From Malacoraja senta (lineage: Eukaryota), in NCBI GenBank assembly GCA_038087875.1, contig CM075977.1, positions 161,510,001 to 161,574,000 of the forward strand: DNA of 64,000 nt, in the 5' to 3' direction. The translations under genes were made by a program, and so were the position numbers. Below the pieces are notes generated by a model. The model saw nothing but the letters and a program-made list of their open reading frames with translations, did no database searches and was not told where the DNA came from. How positions within the stretch are numbered: the first letter of the stretch is position 1; every line of letters starts with the position of its first letter. Shown here one piece after another: positions 36,689-49,540 of the stretch.

Positions 36689-37498
36689 AATCTTTTAAAC
36701 TACACATATAATTATATTGGTTAATATTTAAGGCAGGTTTGAATTTTTTTTTTTGCTTGACTGGAGTGATATAAAACTTCCACCAATTCAAGTCTTAAGT
36801 GAATGTTTTCATATCCTTTTGAATTTATTGATAGATTCATGCAGGGATTTTCTTGCTCAGCAGCAGCAGCATTTAACAGTTAGAAATGTTTTAATAGTTG
36901 TAATTTATTTTCGCTTAATACATTACCGTTCAAGTAGATGATCTTGGAATATGTTTTTAAATGTTTCACGTTAAGGAGTGTTCCATTTTACCTCTGGAAA
37001 AATATGATTGTATCCTCCAGATGTTAAAATGTTAACTAATATAGTATTTTGAGTGTTTGGCTTAACAAACCTAACTCTAAATCTAGTTGTATTTTCAAGT
37101 CCATGCTAGTATTGTAAATTTGTGGTTACAATTTATTTGAGTCTGAACATTTGTTGAGGTGAATATTGGCAAAAATATTTAGTTTTGTACAGTATTTCCC
37201 AATGTTGCACTTTAGAACCAAGGAATATAAATATTTTTCAAATTATAACATCTTGAAGAATTTTGCTCATTCATAAACCGTTTAAGTTGTGATTTCTTGT
37301 GCATGCATAGATATGGATATCATTGGACTAAAAATAAACACTCCAGTTTTTAAGTTATAAATGATAATATCTTTAGACTCGGAATAGTTTTCCTCTACCA
37401 GCTTTTATCTGCTCAGTCTTGGTCTCTTGCAATGAAATAAAAAATCAATCAGACCACAACCAACCCAAACTGAACTCCAGCCCTAGCATGTGCATTTT

Positions 37499-37501
37499 GA
37501 C

Positions 37502-37575
<74 letters not shown>
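37499..37575 (+). repeat. (CA)n microsatellite
   Basis: More than 30 CA units. Confidence 0.97.
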
Positions 37576-37578
<3 letters not shown>

Positions 37579-38185
37579 TCTCCGAAGGCCCACTTCAATA
37601 GTGCAAAAAACTGCAACATTAGAGTAATTGGTTAATTGCAAAGTAGTTGGTCAAGAATGAATATCTTCTGATGTTTGAAATTTGTGAACCTAAAGTTATT
37701 TTTATGCAAATTGATGTGAAAGTGCTACTTGAATACACTAAATAGTTGAGTCATGTAATATTTTTTCCAATTATTTCCACATTTTGACTTTTTGAGATTT
37801 TATTCAATTCTAGTTCCCTTTGTAGAAGCGATCAGAATAAGATGAAGGAAAGATTTGTCTCTCCTTTTCATAGATTGCTGCAATAATTGCTGTAAAGCCT
37901 GTGCCGATCTCAATTCAAAATTATACAATTTGTTTGCAGACAGATTACATAGTTGTAGTAGTTACTCAACCAAGCTTTTTACACCATAAAATTAAAAAAA
38001 AACATTTTTAACTCATATTGATGTGTTCTACATGAATAGTGTGTTTTATCACTTGGACAAAATAAGATTTGTGTGACTATGTTGTTCTAAAAGTGTCCAC
38101 TGAGATATTGAAATTATTTAAAAATTCTCAACCCCACTATTTATTGTTTTCATCTCTATCGTTCTAGGCATTCCTAAACAATGGT

Positions 38186-38351
38186 GATTCACAGTAATAT
38201 TTCCCGATGATCTAATTTGCTTTTGCTTTTCTGCAAATGCATCGTCCTAAAAACAGCATGTAGCTAATTGATCAATTCGACAGCCTTGATTTGTAATTAA
38301 TTTCCCTGTTGATGGCATTAAAAACGGAGCTGCCACTTGGATGCTAGTGCA
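38186..38351 (+). repeat. Copy B of the ~170-bp non-coding duplication
   Basis: Identical core at 38248-38277; shared GATTCACAGTAATATTT start. Confidence 0.85.
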
Positions 38352-39686
38352 GCTCTCCATGTGCTTGTGTGTCTTCAGTGGCAGAGTTAGCAATGCAGCC
38401 TGGGTATGAATCTCTTGCCGATAACAGGGCCATAAAAGCCTTTGCTATCATTTTTTTAGTGTGTCTGATTTGTTCAATTTGTGGCATGTAATAGGACTGG
38501 TCACCTTTTAGTATTGTAACCATACATGGAGAAGTAATTCCCTGTACCTGTCGCTCCAAAATTAGGTAAGAATTTGCGTAATCTAAAATGCAGCACTGGT
38601 TGGAACGATGCTCTTCCCTCAAAACAAACTTGCAAAATGCATTGCTACAACAAGCATATTGCTGCTTACAAAGTTTTTCTGTTGAAGTAACAGTAATGAC
38701 GATGAAGCTTTCGTTCGCACTGACATCAAACGGTGTCCTGCAGGTGCAAGCTTTTATGATCCAGTTAGCGATTAATGTGCCTTTTGTTGGCAGGAAACTT
38801 GCACGGCCACCAAAGAGTGTCATGTTTATTGCACCCCTTTTGTTTTCCTTTTGTTTCTTTCAGGAAATTGATAATTGCAGTTTCTAATTATTTCCTGTTT
38901 ATATTCCTGCTTACGTGAACGATCTACGTAACAAAGAGGGTTGACAATTTTCAAGTCTAGTTGGCCCCAAATACTGCTTCAAACCTAACCATGGGTGAAG
39001 TCCAACCAGATTTAATTTAAGATTTAAAAAATGATTTCCATTTTAAAATGTCGTGATTTCTTAAGTGGTGTATACTCATTAAAGTTAAACTAGAAGAACC
39101 TTCTCAAGGAGCAATGACAGTTTTATTGGTAGCTGCTGTTGGAGATTTATTGTTTTATGGTGCAAGTAGAATAATAGTGTAGTCTGTGTGAAAACCAAAG
39201 TCTCTGTTTATTCCTCCTTTTTCGCCCCCACTCTTTTCCTCAAATCTCAGCCCCTTAGGCTGTAGAAACCAATTGTATCTTTTATTTTAATAGCTTTATT
39301 GTGCCCTCACTTTTTAAAAAGCAATTCATCTGGTTCTGATAACTTTATTAAAGCCTTCCTCTTCTTGAATACGTTTCGGAATGCATTATGAGTTCAGGCA
39401 AAAAAATTCTTAAAGTTGATGAAAACTTTCACTGTCGAGGAAGCATTAATCCTGCTTAATGAAATGGGGTAGGAAATGGTGTTCATTATGAAGTGATCTG
39501 TTGGAAGAACAGTATTTAAAATGCCTGCATCTTTTCATCCATGCTATATTGTTCTTACTTTCTGTGCATAAAGTCTTTGATCTCCCACAATCCTGCACCA
39601 GTGGAGGAAGTGCATGTTAGTATTCTGCATGTGAAACCAAATTATTCTCCCCCAAATTGGGTGAGTTATTCTCACACTACATGCTG

Positions 39687-40039
39687 AAGATTGTTAAGGG
39701 CTTGGACACGCTAGAGGCAGGAAACATGTTCCCGATGTTGGGGGAGTCCAGAACCAGGGGCCACAGTTTAAGAATAAGGAGTAAGCCATTTAGAACCGAG
39801 ACGAGGAAACACTTTTTCTCACAGAGAGTGGTGAGTCTGTGGAATTCTCTGCCTCAGAGGGCGGTGGAGGCAGGTTCTCTGGATGCTTTCAAGAGAGAGC
39901 TGTTAAAAATAGCGGAGTCAGGGGATATGGGGAGAAGGCAGGAACGGGGCACTGATTGGGGATGATCAGCCATGATCACATTGAATGGCACTGCTGGCTC
40001 GAATGACCTACTCCTGCACCTATTGTCTATTGTCTATTG
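39687..40039 (+). mobile_element. Young CR1 LINE 3' end
   Basis: Open KIVKGLDTLEAGNMFPMLGESRTRGHSLRI...FFSQRVVSLWNSLPQRAVEA..FKREL, then 3' UTR and (TATTGTC)n tail. Confidence 0.92.
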
Positions 40040-41247
40040 GCTTGGAAAAGTTTCAGCAGAGGCTTCAGAATAAGCTTTTGCCTTTCCTTCGTTCATTTCA
40101 TTGTGAGGCAGAACCGGTTCATATCTTAAATTGATAGAGGGGAGTAAGTGGGTGGTTTTTTATTTAAATTACATGGCTACCTAAGTTATAAATGCAAGAA
40201 ATATGCTTCCTAGTTAAACTGAAATAGCTTTTGTTAAGTTTAGTTTTTAATCCTAGTTGTTGTAATCTTAAACAATATTTTGTAACTAAGGATGACTTCC
40301 ACTAAAAGGATAGAGGAAGATGCCAGTGCTTGGATCTGCCAGTGCAGTGATTGGAGTGGTCATTGCGCACCCAACTGGTTTGATAGAGCGAGGTCCAGGT
40401 CCATAGGCAAGTGGGTCCAAATGTCTGAAAACCAGACGCTGCTGCCGACTTAAACCCATATGTGGACACACAGATATGTATTGTGCTGGAATGACATGAG
40501 TGCACATATTAGTCAAAGATGCCACCTCATTGTTTACTCATTGGTTGCCACATTCTCCATCTCAAGTCAATTTGTATATCAAGCTCTCAGAAGTAATAAT
40601 ATCAAGGTTGTTATTGATAGATTTGTCACAGTAACAATTTTTAAGATGCACGTGCCAATATGTTTACGTGTTTTTGGTTTATTTATTGAATTAATAACAC
40701 AAGATTAAGTTAATTTTCATGTAGAGGATGATCGGGTGAATCTCAGACTTTGTGTAGTGGTTCAAAATCAATGGACGCAATGTGTGAATCTGAAGGATTG
40801 TAGATTTCTATTAGCATTGTTATTCCTCTGAAATTAGTAGTTCTGCACATAGAATTGACGCCTCGGGTGATTAACAAGTATACCTTTTATAGGTTCTACA
40901 ACTGTTCCTATCTTTCTTCAAACACTTTTTTCTTATAAGCTTAACTGATAATGCAATATTATTTAAAGCTTTCTTAAAAACTGCATCCTAAATTGCTTTA
41001 AATTATGAACCACAACCTCCTAATAATTCATCAAAAATGATACATTATTTTAAACCCATTTGCAATCCTTGATTTCCTCAATCCTAGCTGTTGAAGGACT
41101 CTACACTGCAATATACTTTCCCTAATGGGGTGACCAGCAAGTTGGGCAGTACTGGATCTACTAAGCAACCATTTACCGGAACAAGTTTTCTATCGCTCAT
41201 TACTATAAAACTCTGATTAATAGAAATAACATCCAAAGATCCATGGA

Positions 41248-41339
41248 CACAAAATGCTGGAGTAACTTGGCAGGACAGGCAGCATCTCTGGAGAGAAGGA
41301 ATGTGTGACGTTTCAGGTCACGACCCTCCTTCTGACTGA
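41248..41339 (-). mobile_element. Single-arm Penelope pLTR mini-insertion with perfect 15-bp TSD
   Basis: ccaaagatccatgga at 41233-41247 and 41340-41354. Confidence 0.88.
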
Positions 41340-42167
41340 CCAAAGATCCATGGAAGATTATTAGTTTTGATGTATTGCTTTTATGTTTTTACTTTTCTCA
41401 TGGATGAAACCATGAATTTTAACTTTTTTTACATCTGCTGTCGTCTTTTAGAGATGATAATTGGCATGACAAGTATTTTCTGTTTCTTTACTGCTGAGCA
41501 TATTTTTATGTCCATTTTCTAATTCTGCAATGTCAATGTCTTAAGTCTTATTATATTAGTGCTTTATTATATCTTTCCTCATTTTTCTAATGGAATAAAT
41601 ACTTTCTGAAAACAATTAACAGATTGAACAATATCTTCATTTAAAGTTGCGTATAAAAATCTTCATAAAGGAGAAGTTCAACTATTCGTTTTCATTGCAA
41701 ATATTATTCTACTTCCGTCCTCTGAAGGACTTCATAAATCTCATCTGTGGATATTTTTTGTTTTCTGATCTGATTCTGTTTCTTCATTAGATTGTGCCCA
41801 GAACACGAGCACTTGGGAATAAAAACCAACATTTCAAAATAAAATTTGTTAGAAAGATAACCTTTTTGCCAAGAAGAGTATTATTAGCATACTTAATTTG
41901 TTTTTGCAGCACAATATTTCTTCTACCTTTTCCCTTTTTAGGTGGTGCCTGTGGCTCTCAATCTATGTTGGAAAAATTACATGATCCTATAAAAATCTGT
42001 TTTGAAATAACAGATATGAAGCATTAATGTGTATGTGTACTCAGTGACATGTCAGTGCGGAAGAAAAATGTGCATTAACTCTCCTGTAGTGACTTTGGAG
42101 AATAGGGTTTCATCAATTAGCTTTTACCTTTAAAATAAATTAAGTTGACAAGTATAAATAGCAGCTT

Positions 42168-43177
42168 GCGTGGGATCCCTTCCCTTATTTTGAGGGGCGT
42201 CTCCACCACACCCTGCCCCCCATGTCCAGCAGCGGAAGGACCCTAGACTGTGGTCCTCCCCCACCAAGCCTTGGCGTTGGCTGCACCGAGCTTCAGTGCG
42301 TCCCTCAACACGTACTCGTGCAGTCCCCAGCGGGCCAGTCGGCAACATTCCCTGAAGGACATCTCGCTCTGCTGGGTGGTGAACAACGCTCGGGCAGACC
42401 AAAGAGCGTCTTTCACCGAGTTGATGACCTTCCAGCAGCACTAATGCCAGTCACTGAATGTGTCCCTGGGAGCAGTCCGTAAGTCACAGAGTCCTCTGTG
42501 ACGGAGCTGTTCGGGATAAAGCGTGCCAGGGATCCTTGCATACTTCTCCAGACTCTCTTTGCAAATCCACACTCTGCGAAGAGGTGGGCAACCGTCTCCT
42601 CTCCAGAGCAGCCGTCCCGAGGGCAGCGTGCGCTGGTAGTGAGGTTCCGACGGTGCAGGAAGGATCTGACTGGGAGGGCTCCCCTCACCGCCAGCCAAGC
42701 CAGGTCTTGGTGCTTGTTGGTGAGTTCTGGCGATGAGGCATTTTGCCAGACAAGCTGGGCAGTCTGCTCTGGGAACCACGGCACCGGACCCATCGAGTGC
42801 CTACAGGACATTCCGTGCTGACCACTGTCCGATGGACATGTGGTCAAAGGTGTTGGTCCGGAAGAACCTTTCCACAAACGACAGATGGGGCGGCAATGTC
42901 CAGCTGACTGGCACATTGCGTGGCATCTGCACCAGGCCCATCCTTCGCAACACCGGGGACAGGCAGAACCTCAGCAGGTAGTGACACTTGGTGCCCACGT
43001 GCCTTGTGTGGCCACCTGAGTGGCAAGGGTGGGGGACAGATTTGTGAAATTTGAGCAATGTATATAGACTGTATTGAACAATTCGTATAGCCTCAGAAAA
43101 TGTCGGATGAATTTTTTGCACGGTTCATGTATTGTATATATTTATTACCTGAATAAAGTCTATTTTGAAATTTAAAA
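42168..43177. mobile_element. Tx1/L1-clade LINE insertion, 5'-truncated with inverted 5' segment
   Basis: Minus-strand ORF2 C-terminus (WQNASSPELTNKHQDLAWLAVRGALPVR...CPRDGC..EETVAHLFAEC) at 42168-43012. The 3' UTR with AATAAA and A-tail is on the + strand at 43010-43177. 18-bp TSD aagtataaatagcagctt at 42150-42167 and 43178-43195. Confidence 0.92.
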
Positions 43178-43394
43178 AAGTATAAATAGCAGCTTAAAAG
43201 CACATAGAATGCACTAACCGTGCCTTGAGGAGCGAATAATGATTAAGTCTGAAAAGAGGAATTTTACGTGTAACGTGCCATCGCTGGGTATAACTTTTTT
43301 TTTATAAGACTGGGTGTTATACAAAAGGTCTACGTCCCTGAAAATGGCAACACATATGCATAGGGTGATAACAAAGTTGTACAGCATGTTAGCT

Positions 43395-44742
43395 TTGGGT
43401 TTTTTATGGTCACATGCACCTGGGAACAGTGAAAAGCTTTGTTTTGCATGCTATCCAAACAGATCAGATATACTATACATAAATACAATCAAGTCAAACT
43501 TAAGGACAATAGATAAAGAAAAGGGGAAGATACAGAGTGCAGACTATTGTTCTCAGCATTGTAGCACATCAGTTCCATAGACAGAGTCCAATGGCCACAG
43601 TGGATTAAAGGTGAATTGGACAGTACTCTAGCTAATGGAAGGACTGTTCAGAAGCTTGATGACAGAGGGGAAGAAACTGTTCTTGAATCTGGTGGTGCAC
43701 GCTTTCAAGCTGCCAATGGAAGTAGGGAGAAGGAATGGTGGGGCACCTTTTTTATGTTTGCTGCTTTTCCAAGGCAACAAGATTGAGTAAATGGTGGGGA
43801 ATCTGATCTGTGTGATGGGCAGGGCGACATCAACTTACGGCAATTTCTTGTGGTCTTGAACAGAGCTGTCCCCAAACAAAGCTGTGATGTAACCTGGCAG
43901 TATAGTTTCTATGGTGCATCCATAGAAGTTTTTAAGAGTGATTGGAGATATTCTGAATTTCATCAGTCTCCTCAGGAAGTAGAGGTATTGGAATGCCTTC
44001 TTGGCTGTTGCATCAATGTGGTTGGTCCATGACAGACCGTTGATAAAATTAACACCAAGGAATGAAGCTCTCAACTATTTCTACTTCGACACCATTGATG
44101 CAGATTGGGGCTTGTACTCCACCATGCTTACTGAAGTCGATATTTAGCTCTATCAGCTTGCTGACATTGATGGAGAGATTTCTGTCCTGGCACCATGTTG
44201 CTAAGTTTGCCATCTCCTTCCTCTACTCCATCTCTTTGTGATTTAACACACCACTGTGGTGTCATCTGTATTGGAGCTGGAGCTGGAGTTAGAGTTAAAT
44301 TTGGCCTTACAGTTGTGAGTGTAAAAGGAGTGTAGTAGGAGACTGACAATGCATTCTTATGGTGCACAGGTGTTGAGAATTATTGTGGAGAAGGTGTTAA
44401 CACCTATCCTCACTGGTTATGGTCGGTGGGTCAGAATGTCAAGGATCCAGTGACAGAGGGGGGTACTGATTCCTATGTCTAGGAGTTTGGAGATGAGTTT
44501 GAAAGGGATTATGGTGTTGAAGGCAGATCCATAATTGATAAATTGGAGCCTAATGTAGGAGTCATTGTTGTCCAGGTGTTCCAGCGATGAGGTTAGAGAC
44601 AAGGAGATGATGTCTACTGCGGACCTGTTGCAACATTAAGTGAACTTCAGTGAATCATGCTGACTTTGAGGTTGTATTTAATGTGCACTTCATGATGGTG
44701 AATATCAGAACTACTGCATAGTAGTCATTAAGGTATGTTATC
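43395..44742 (-). mobile_element. Rex1/Babar LINE RT and 3' end
   Basis: LEHLDNNDSYIRLQFINYGSAFNTIIP.KLISKLLDIG...LCHWILD.LTHRP; FLGVNF...LSWTNHIDATAKKA.Q.LYFLRRL.KF. It appears nested in a + strand CR1 (43320-43395 and 44745-45315). Confidence 0.9.
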
Positions 44743-44744
44743 TT

Positions 44745-45318
44745 TCTTGCCTTCATCGGTCAGGGCATTGAAGATAAAATGTAGTCATGTTGTCGGACTA
44801 TAAAACTTGGATTAGGCTGCATTTGTGTCCAATTCTGGTTATTACATCATAGGAAGGATGTGGGGGCTTTGGAGAGGGTGCAAAAGTGGTTTACCAGGAT
44901 GTTGCTTAGAAAAGAATGTTTTAGCTATAGGGAAAAGTTAGACAAACCTAAGATTGTTTTCTCTGTAGGATGAGGGACAATGATAGAAATATGTAATATT
45001 AAGAGAGGTGCAGATTGGGTAGATAATCCTTTTCCCAGGGTGGAAATTTCAAATATGAGATGATGTGGGTTGAAGGTGAGAAGGGACAAGTATGAAGGAG
45101 ATATGAAACAAATTCAGAGGGTAGTAGTTGACCAGAACACTCTGCCAGGTAAGTGATACAATAGCAACATTTACAAAGCATTTGGACAGGCACATGCACA
45201 TGCAGAGGATAGAGGAATATGTACCTTGTGCAGACAGATGGCATTTGGTTTAGTTTGGCATCACGGCTGGGATGAGCCTCATGGGCAAAATGTTCTACTT
45301 TGTGTTATAATGTTCTAT
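44745..45318 (+). mobile_element. CR1 LINE 3' fragment
   Basis: gccttcatcggtcagggcattg...ttggagagggtgcaaaagtggtttaccaggatg... plus 3' UTR. Confidence 0.82.
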
Positions 45319-48078
45319 GTACTGGGAATATTTTAAAAATAATTCCCTTGATTATTGAAAAAGCTAAAGACCAAAATTTACCCTTTGCCATATTGGATCG
45401 TCTTTGTTCTTTTGCGCAGTTTTTGAGGTATGAGTTTAAAAAACAGGATTTGAAGTTGCCAGAATTTCAAACTTTCAAAAGTAAAATTGTCAAGGAATAT
45501 TGTTTTTTTTTGGGGGGGGGGGGGGATAGCTACATTCATACTTGGGTGCTCTGAGTTAATGAAAGTTCAAATATCTGAGAAGACTTAACCCATCAGAAAA
45601 TTATGTGCAATATTCATTTCCTTGCATACCCATATCATCCCTAACCAAATATGTAATTGTCCCCATTGCCTCCTTATCCTAACCAACCATTTTACATATT
45701 TTGGTCTGAGCAACTTTCTCAAGATGTCTCCAACTAGATACATTATGATGAGGGAAGATTGCTCTTCCTACCTTCTTTGCCAGAGATGTATATTAATTTG
45801 GTCTTTGTATCCTGCAAATAGATTGATGTAAGGAAGCCATTCAACTAAACAGCAAGTTTAGAATGGCCGGGTGGCATTATTATCTTCCTCCCTGAAGCTT
45901 TCGTATAATGCGCTTCTCCACATGTCAGAGTCATCCTTAACAAGCTCCTCTGAACCAAGGATTTAAAGGTGATAAGAGAAAATTACAGAAAATGAGTTAT
46001 CTATTCAAAATTACAGTAACACTTCCCATGTGAACATGGTGCATTTACACTTTTAAGCCAGTGTATCATAACCCACAATTCACATTGTTTTTTTAATTAA
46101 TGTATCTATCATTTGAAATATAATCTATGCAAACATTTTGGTGTCATATTATTTTTTGATAGATTTACATTAAATTGAACCTTGTTGCCAAGATCTCCTG
46201 ATATACCAAATGACAGTTTTTTTTAAAGGTTCAGCCATCCCTAAGTGTTCTTTTTAAAACAAATAAGGGTCCGGAAGAGAGATAAGTGTTGGGTTCTGTT
46301 TTTATGAGTTCCTTAGTGGTGTCTGGCTAGCCAGAGCATGTGTTAGAGGATTGTGATTTATTGAAGACTCTTGACCATGTGTTTACTGTCAGCTAGACAC
46401 CCAGACAGACAAACAGGCTGTAAATTGCATTAAGAAAAACTTCAAAGTACATCTCAGTCTCCCCAGAAACCTATAGACTTAACTATGGTTTACCACCCTA
46501 GTTGGTCTTTTAGTAGCATTCTCCATTCTTTCACAATGGGCAGAGCCGGATAATGGTCTACTTTATCACCATTGCGCTCTCTGATGGCTTTTGATCACCT
46601 CAAGTGCATAATCCACCTTTTCATGACAAGAACTGTAGTTATAAAATGGAAGATCTTTCAACCAATTTAGAGGAACACTCATTTATTTACAGATGGGACA
46701 TAAATTAGCTCATTTCTCTTTCCCTTCATCCATTTTATTTTTTGTAAACCAGCATCTGCATTCAACTTGTGTCTACCCCTTCACATTAAAGGAAAATAGA
46801 TTTTGTAGAATAGTAGCTATAACCACAGAGGTCTCTCAATGGCTACTAAAGACTCTGTCAATAAATGATGTATTTGGTCAAAATAATCTGCTTGTTTACC
46901 TAATTTAAAATATTTTAATTGTTTGGCCAAGATTCTCTTCTCGGCACATTATTAAACATTAAGTTGAATGAAATATCATTGAAAACATTTCTGTTTATTT
47001 TTGGATTTGTGGAAACCTTGGTGACGGCAGTAATTTGAGTTGATTTGTCTTGAGTGGCTTGCTAAAGAATATATTTTGGAGGATGACACTGTGGTATTCT
47101 TTAGATCACCAGGAAGGCACTGAGGGAAAAAGCACGTTGGAATGTTATAAATCTTGCACGAGGCCAGAACATGAATGAGTATCTTGCTCCAAGTCCCATT
47201 AACTTGCCTGTGGGACCAGAAAATGAGTAAAACAGGAAGAAGGCGTAAGCTGGCCCCTTGACTGCAAAACGAGCATTTATTTATATTTTGGAGTGGGGGT
47301 GGGGTAGGGTTGGTGGGTGGCGGCGGCACAAGGGAAACGAGTCCTCCTTTTGTTGCAGGATGCCTTCATGCTAATTCTGGTCCATGAACCAAATATTCAA
47401 TGATTAGTCACCACAGGGTAAGTGGTCAAATGCCCCAAGTGTATGATGCCATAAATAGCACAGTCTTTGGAATAACAGCTTGTAAAACTGTCAAGAAACG
47501 CATTTAGTGCCAAAGATTGCCTCTGCTTTCTCGAGGTGTCAAAGCCAGCAGGAAGGTAATCCTTTTTCATATATAGAATCAGCAGGTAGGCTTTGTTTTT
47601 CTGAAGAGAATGCTTGCTGAATTCATCATGGGCCAAATCTTGCACAATTGCAACTTGAGCTAAACTAAAGTAATATATTTTATCCTTTCATATTTAATAT
47701 TGCTTATCTAAACAAATATCATCTATTGAGAACACATAATATCATCGGTTAAACTGAGAAGAAAATAAATGTAAATTAATTCTGTAATTCTTTAGTTCTC
47801 ATTTTTATCAAAGGTTAATTGTCCTGAAAAATAGCAAAGAAGTTTAGACTTTGCAAACCAATAACCAACAAATAAGTGATTTGGTTTATAATTACATTTA
47901 GCTCATGGTTTCATCACAAACATGGTTATTTAAAAAAAATCTTGAGTTGTAATCACTGGATGAGATGAATCCTGTTTTTGTTTCACTGGCTGCCTTCACT
48001 TGGCACCCTTTTTTCTCAAAGCCTTTCCTTGCTTTTGCATTTCATTTGTGCTGTGGAAAACAGAGTTACATTATCAAA

Positions 48079-48176
48079 AACAGCATTATGTGCTGGAGTA
48101 ACTCAGTGGGTTAGGCAGGATCTCTGGAGAACATCGATAGGTGAGGTTTCAGACCCTTCTTCAGATCCTCCTTATG
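48079..48176 (-). mobile_element. Single-arm Penelope pLTR mini-insertion with 14-bp TSD
   Basis: gttacattatcaaa at 48065-48078 and 48177-48190. Confidence 0.8.
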
Positions 48177-48904
48177 GTTACATTATCAAATACTGATTTG
48201 TAAATGGGTACGTTACACCGATTTATAAATATGTTTGTTAGATTTGGGTTTGGTTTATTGTTTGGTTTTGGTTTATTGTTGTTCCATATAACCAAGATAC
48301 ATTGGAAAAACGTGTTTTCACGCTTTCCAGTCACATCATACAATATGCGAATACAATCAAGCTGTGAACAATTTTAGGTTGTGCAAAGAAAAACATATAT
48401 ATATTGCTACAGCTAACAGGATAGTTATTCCATGAGTTCCACATAAAATAAATCCTGACTTGCATTACTGCTTTATAATCATTGTGTATCCCTTGCCAAA
48501 AAAATTGCCTTTTTGTTCAGACAATAACAGTGTTTTAATTTGCCAGTAAAGATTTTGGATCATTGAATATCCAGCTTCAACCAGATTTTCACTTGTCTTC
48601 AGTTATTCCCAATAATTCAGGTGCCAAGAGGAGAAAATGTGAGCGTATCAGTTGTGCAGTTGTCTTACCCATCATGATATCTGCATGGCGACATCAGTCG
48701 GCTGGTTTTTAATGTTCTGTCTGTGTTTACTATTTCTTTCCCTTCAATTCTCATGGTGCTCTGTTCCCAAAGTATAATCATTCTTCAACTACCTCTCCTG
48801 CTTTTACCACTATCACTCCGGCCACACATCAGGATCCCTTTGCCCTAATTATGTCATGGTTCATAATGCTGTACAGCGTAGAAATGGCCCTTTGGCCCAA
48901 CTGC

Positions 48905-49540
48905 TGTGTTGGAAGCAGGCTGGTGGGGTGAAAGGTGACGACCAAGAGAACTTTATCCTTTTTTCTGTTTGGGGGGGGGGGGGGCGAGCAAGAGCAAAAC
49001 TACAGGACACAGAAGGTGCTTATGAAGTATCCATCTATGACCGAAGAGGACGGGGTGGTGGCAGGGACGGGGACGGTCTACTAATGAATGAGGACATCTT
49101 GGATGTCCTAGAATGGAAAATCTCATCTTGGGATCAGATGTGGTGGAGACGGAGGAATTGAAAATAGGTTATAGTGTCTTTACAGGAGGAAGTGTAACTG
49201 GTTGATAAGTTTATCGTAGATGTCAGTCAATAGTGTGTCTCTGATGATGGAGAGGGAGAGAGAGACATCAAGAATGGGAGAGTCTTATTAGATAGTCAAG
49301 GTGAATTTGAAGGCAGTTTAGACGTTTTTGGTGAAGTTAATGAAATCCACGAGATCTGCATGAATGCAGGAGGCAGCCCCGATACAGTTGGCGGTGTGGT
49401 AATGAAAGAGCTGAGGGATAGGGCCAGTGTTCACTAGAAACGAGGATCGTTCGTTACCGACAGAAAAGCTGGGGCCCATGCGAGTGCCCATGGCTACACC
49501 TTAAACTTGGAACTTGTCAAAAGAGAAGTTGTTGAGGCTT
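48905..49540 (-). mobile_element. Penelope-like element reverse transcriptase fragment
   Basis: Minus strand LNNFSFD...GVAMGTRMGPS...CIGAASC..DLVDFINFT...QFLRLHHI.SQDE.FHSRTSKMSSF. Confidence 0.82.

Noticed and set aside
38344-38823. 159-aa minus-strand ORF in unique sequence
   Set aside because: No recognisable motif, splice structure or codon bias. More likely non-coding intron.
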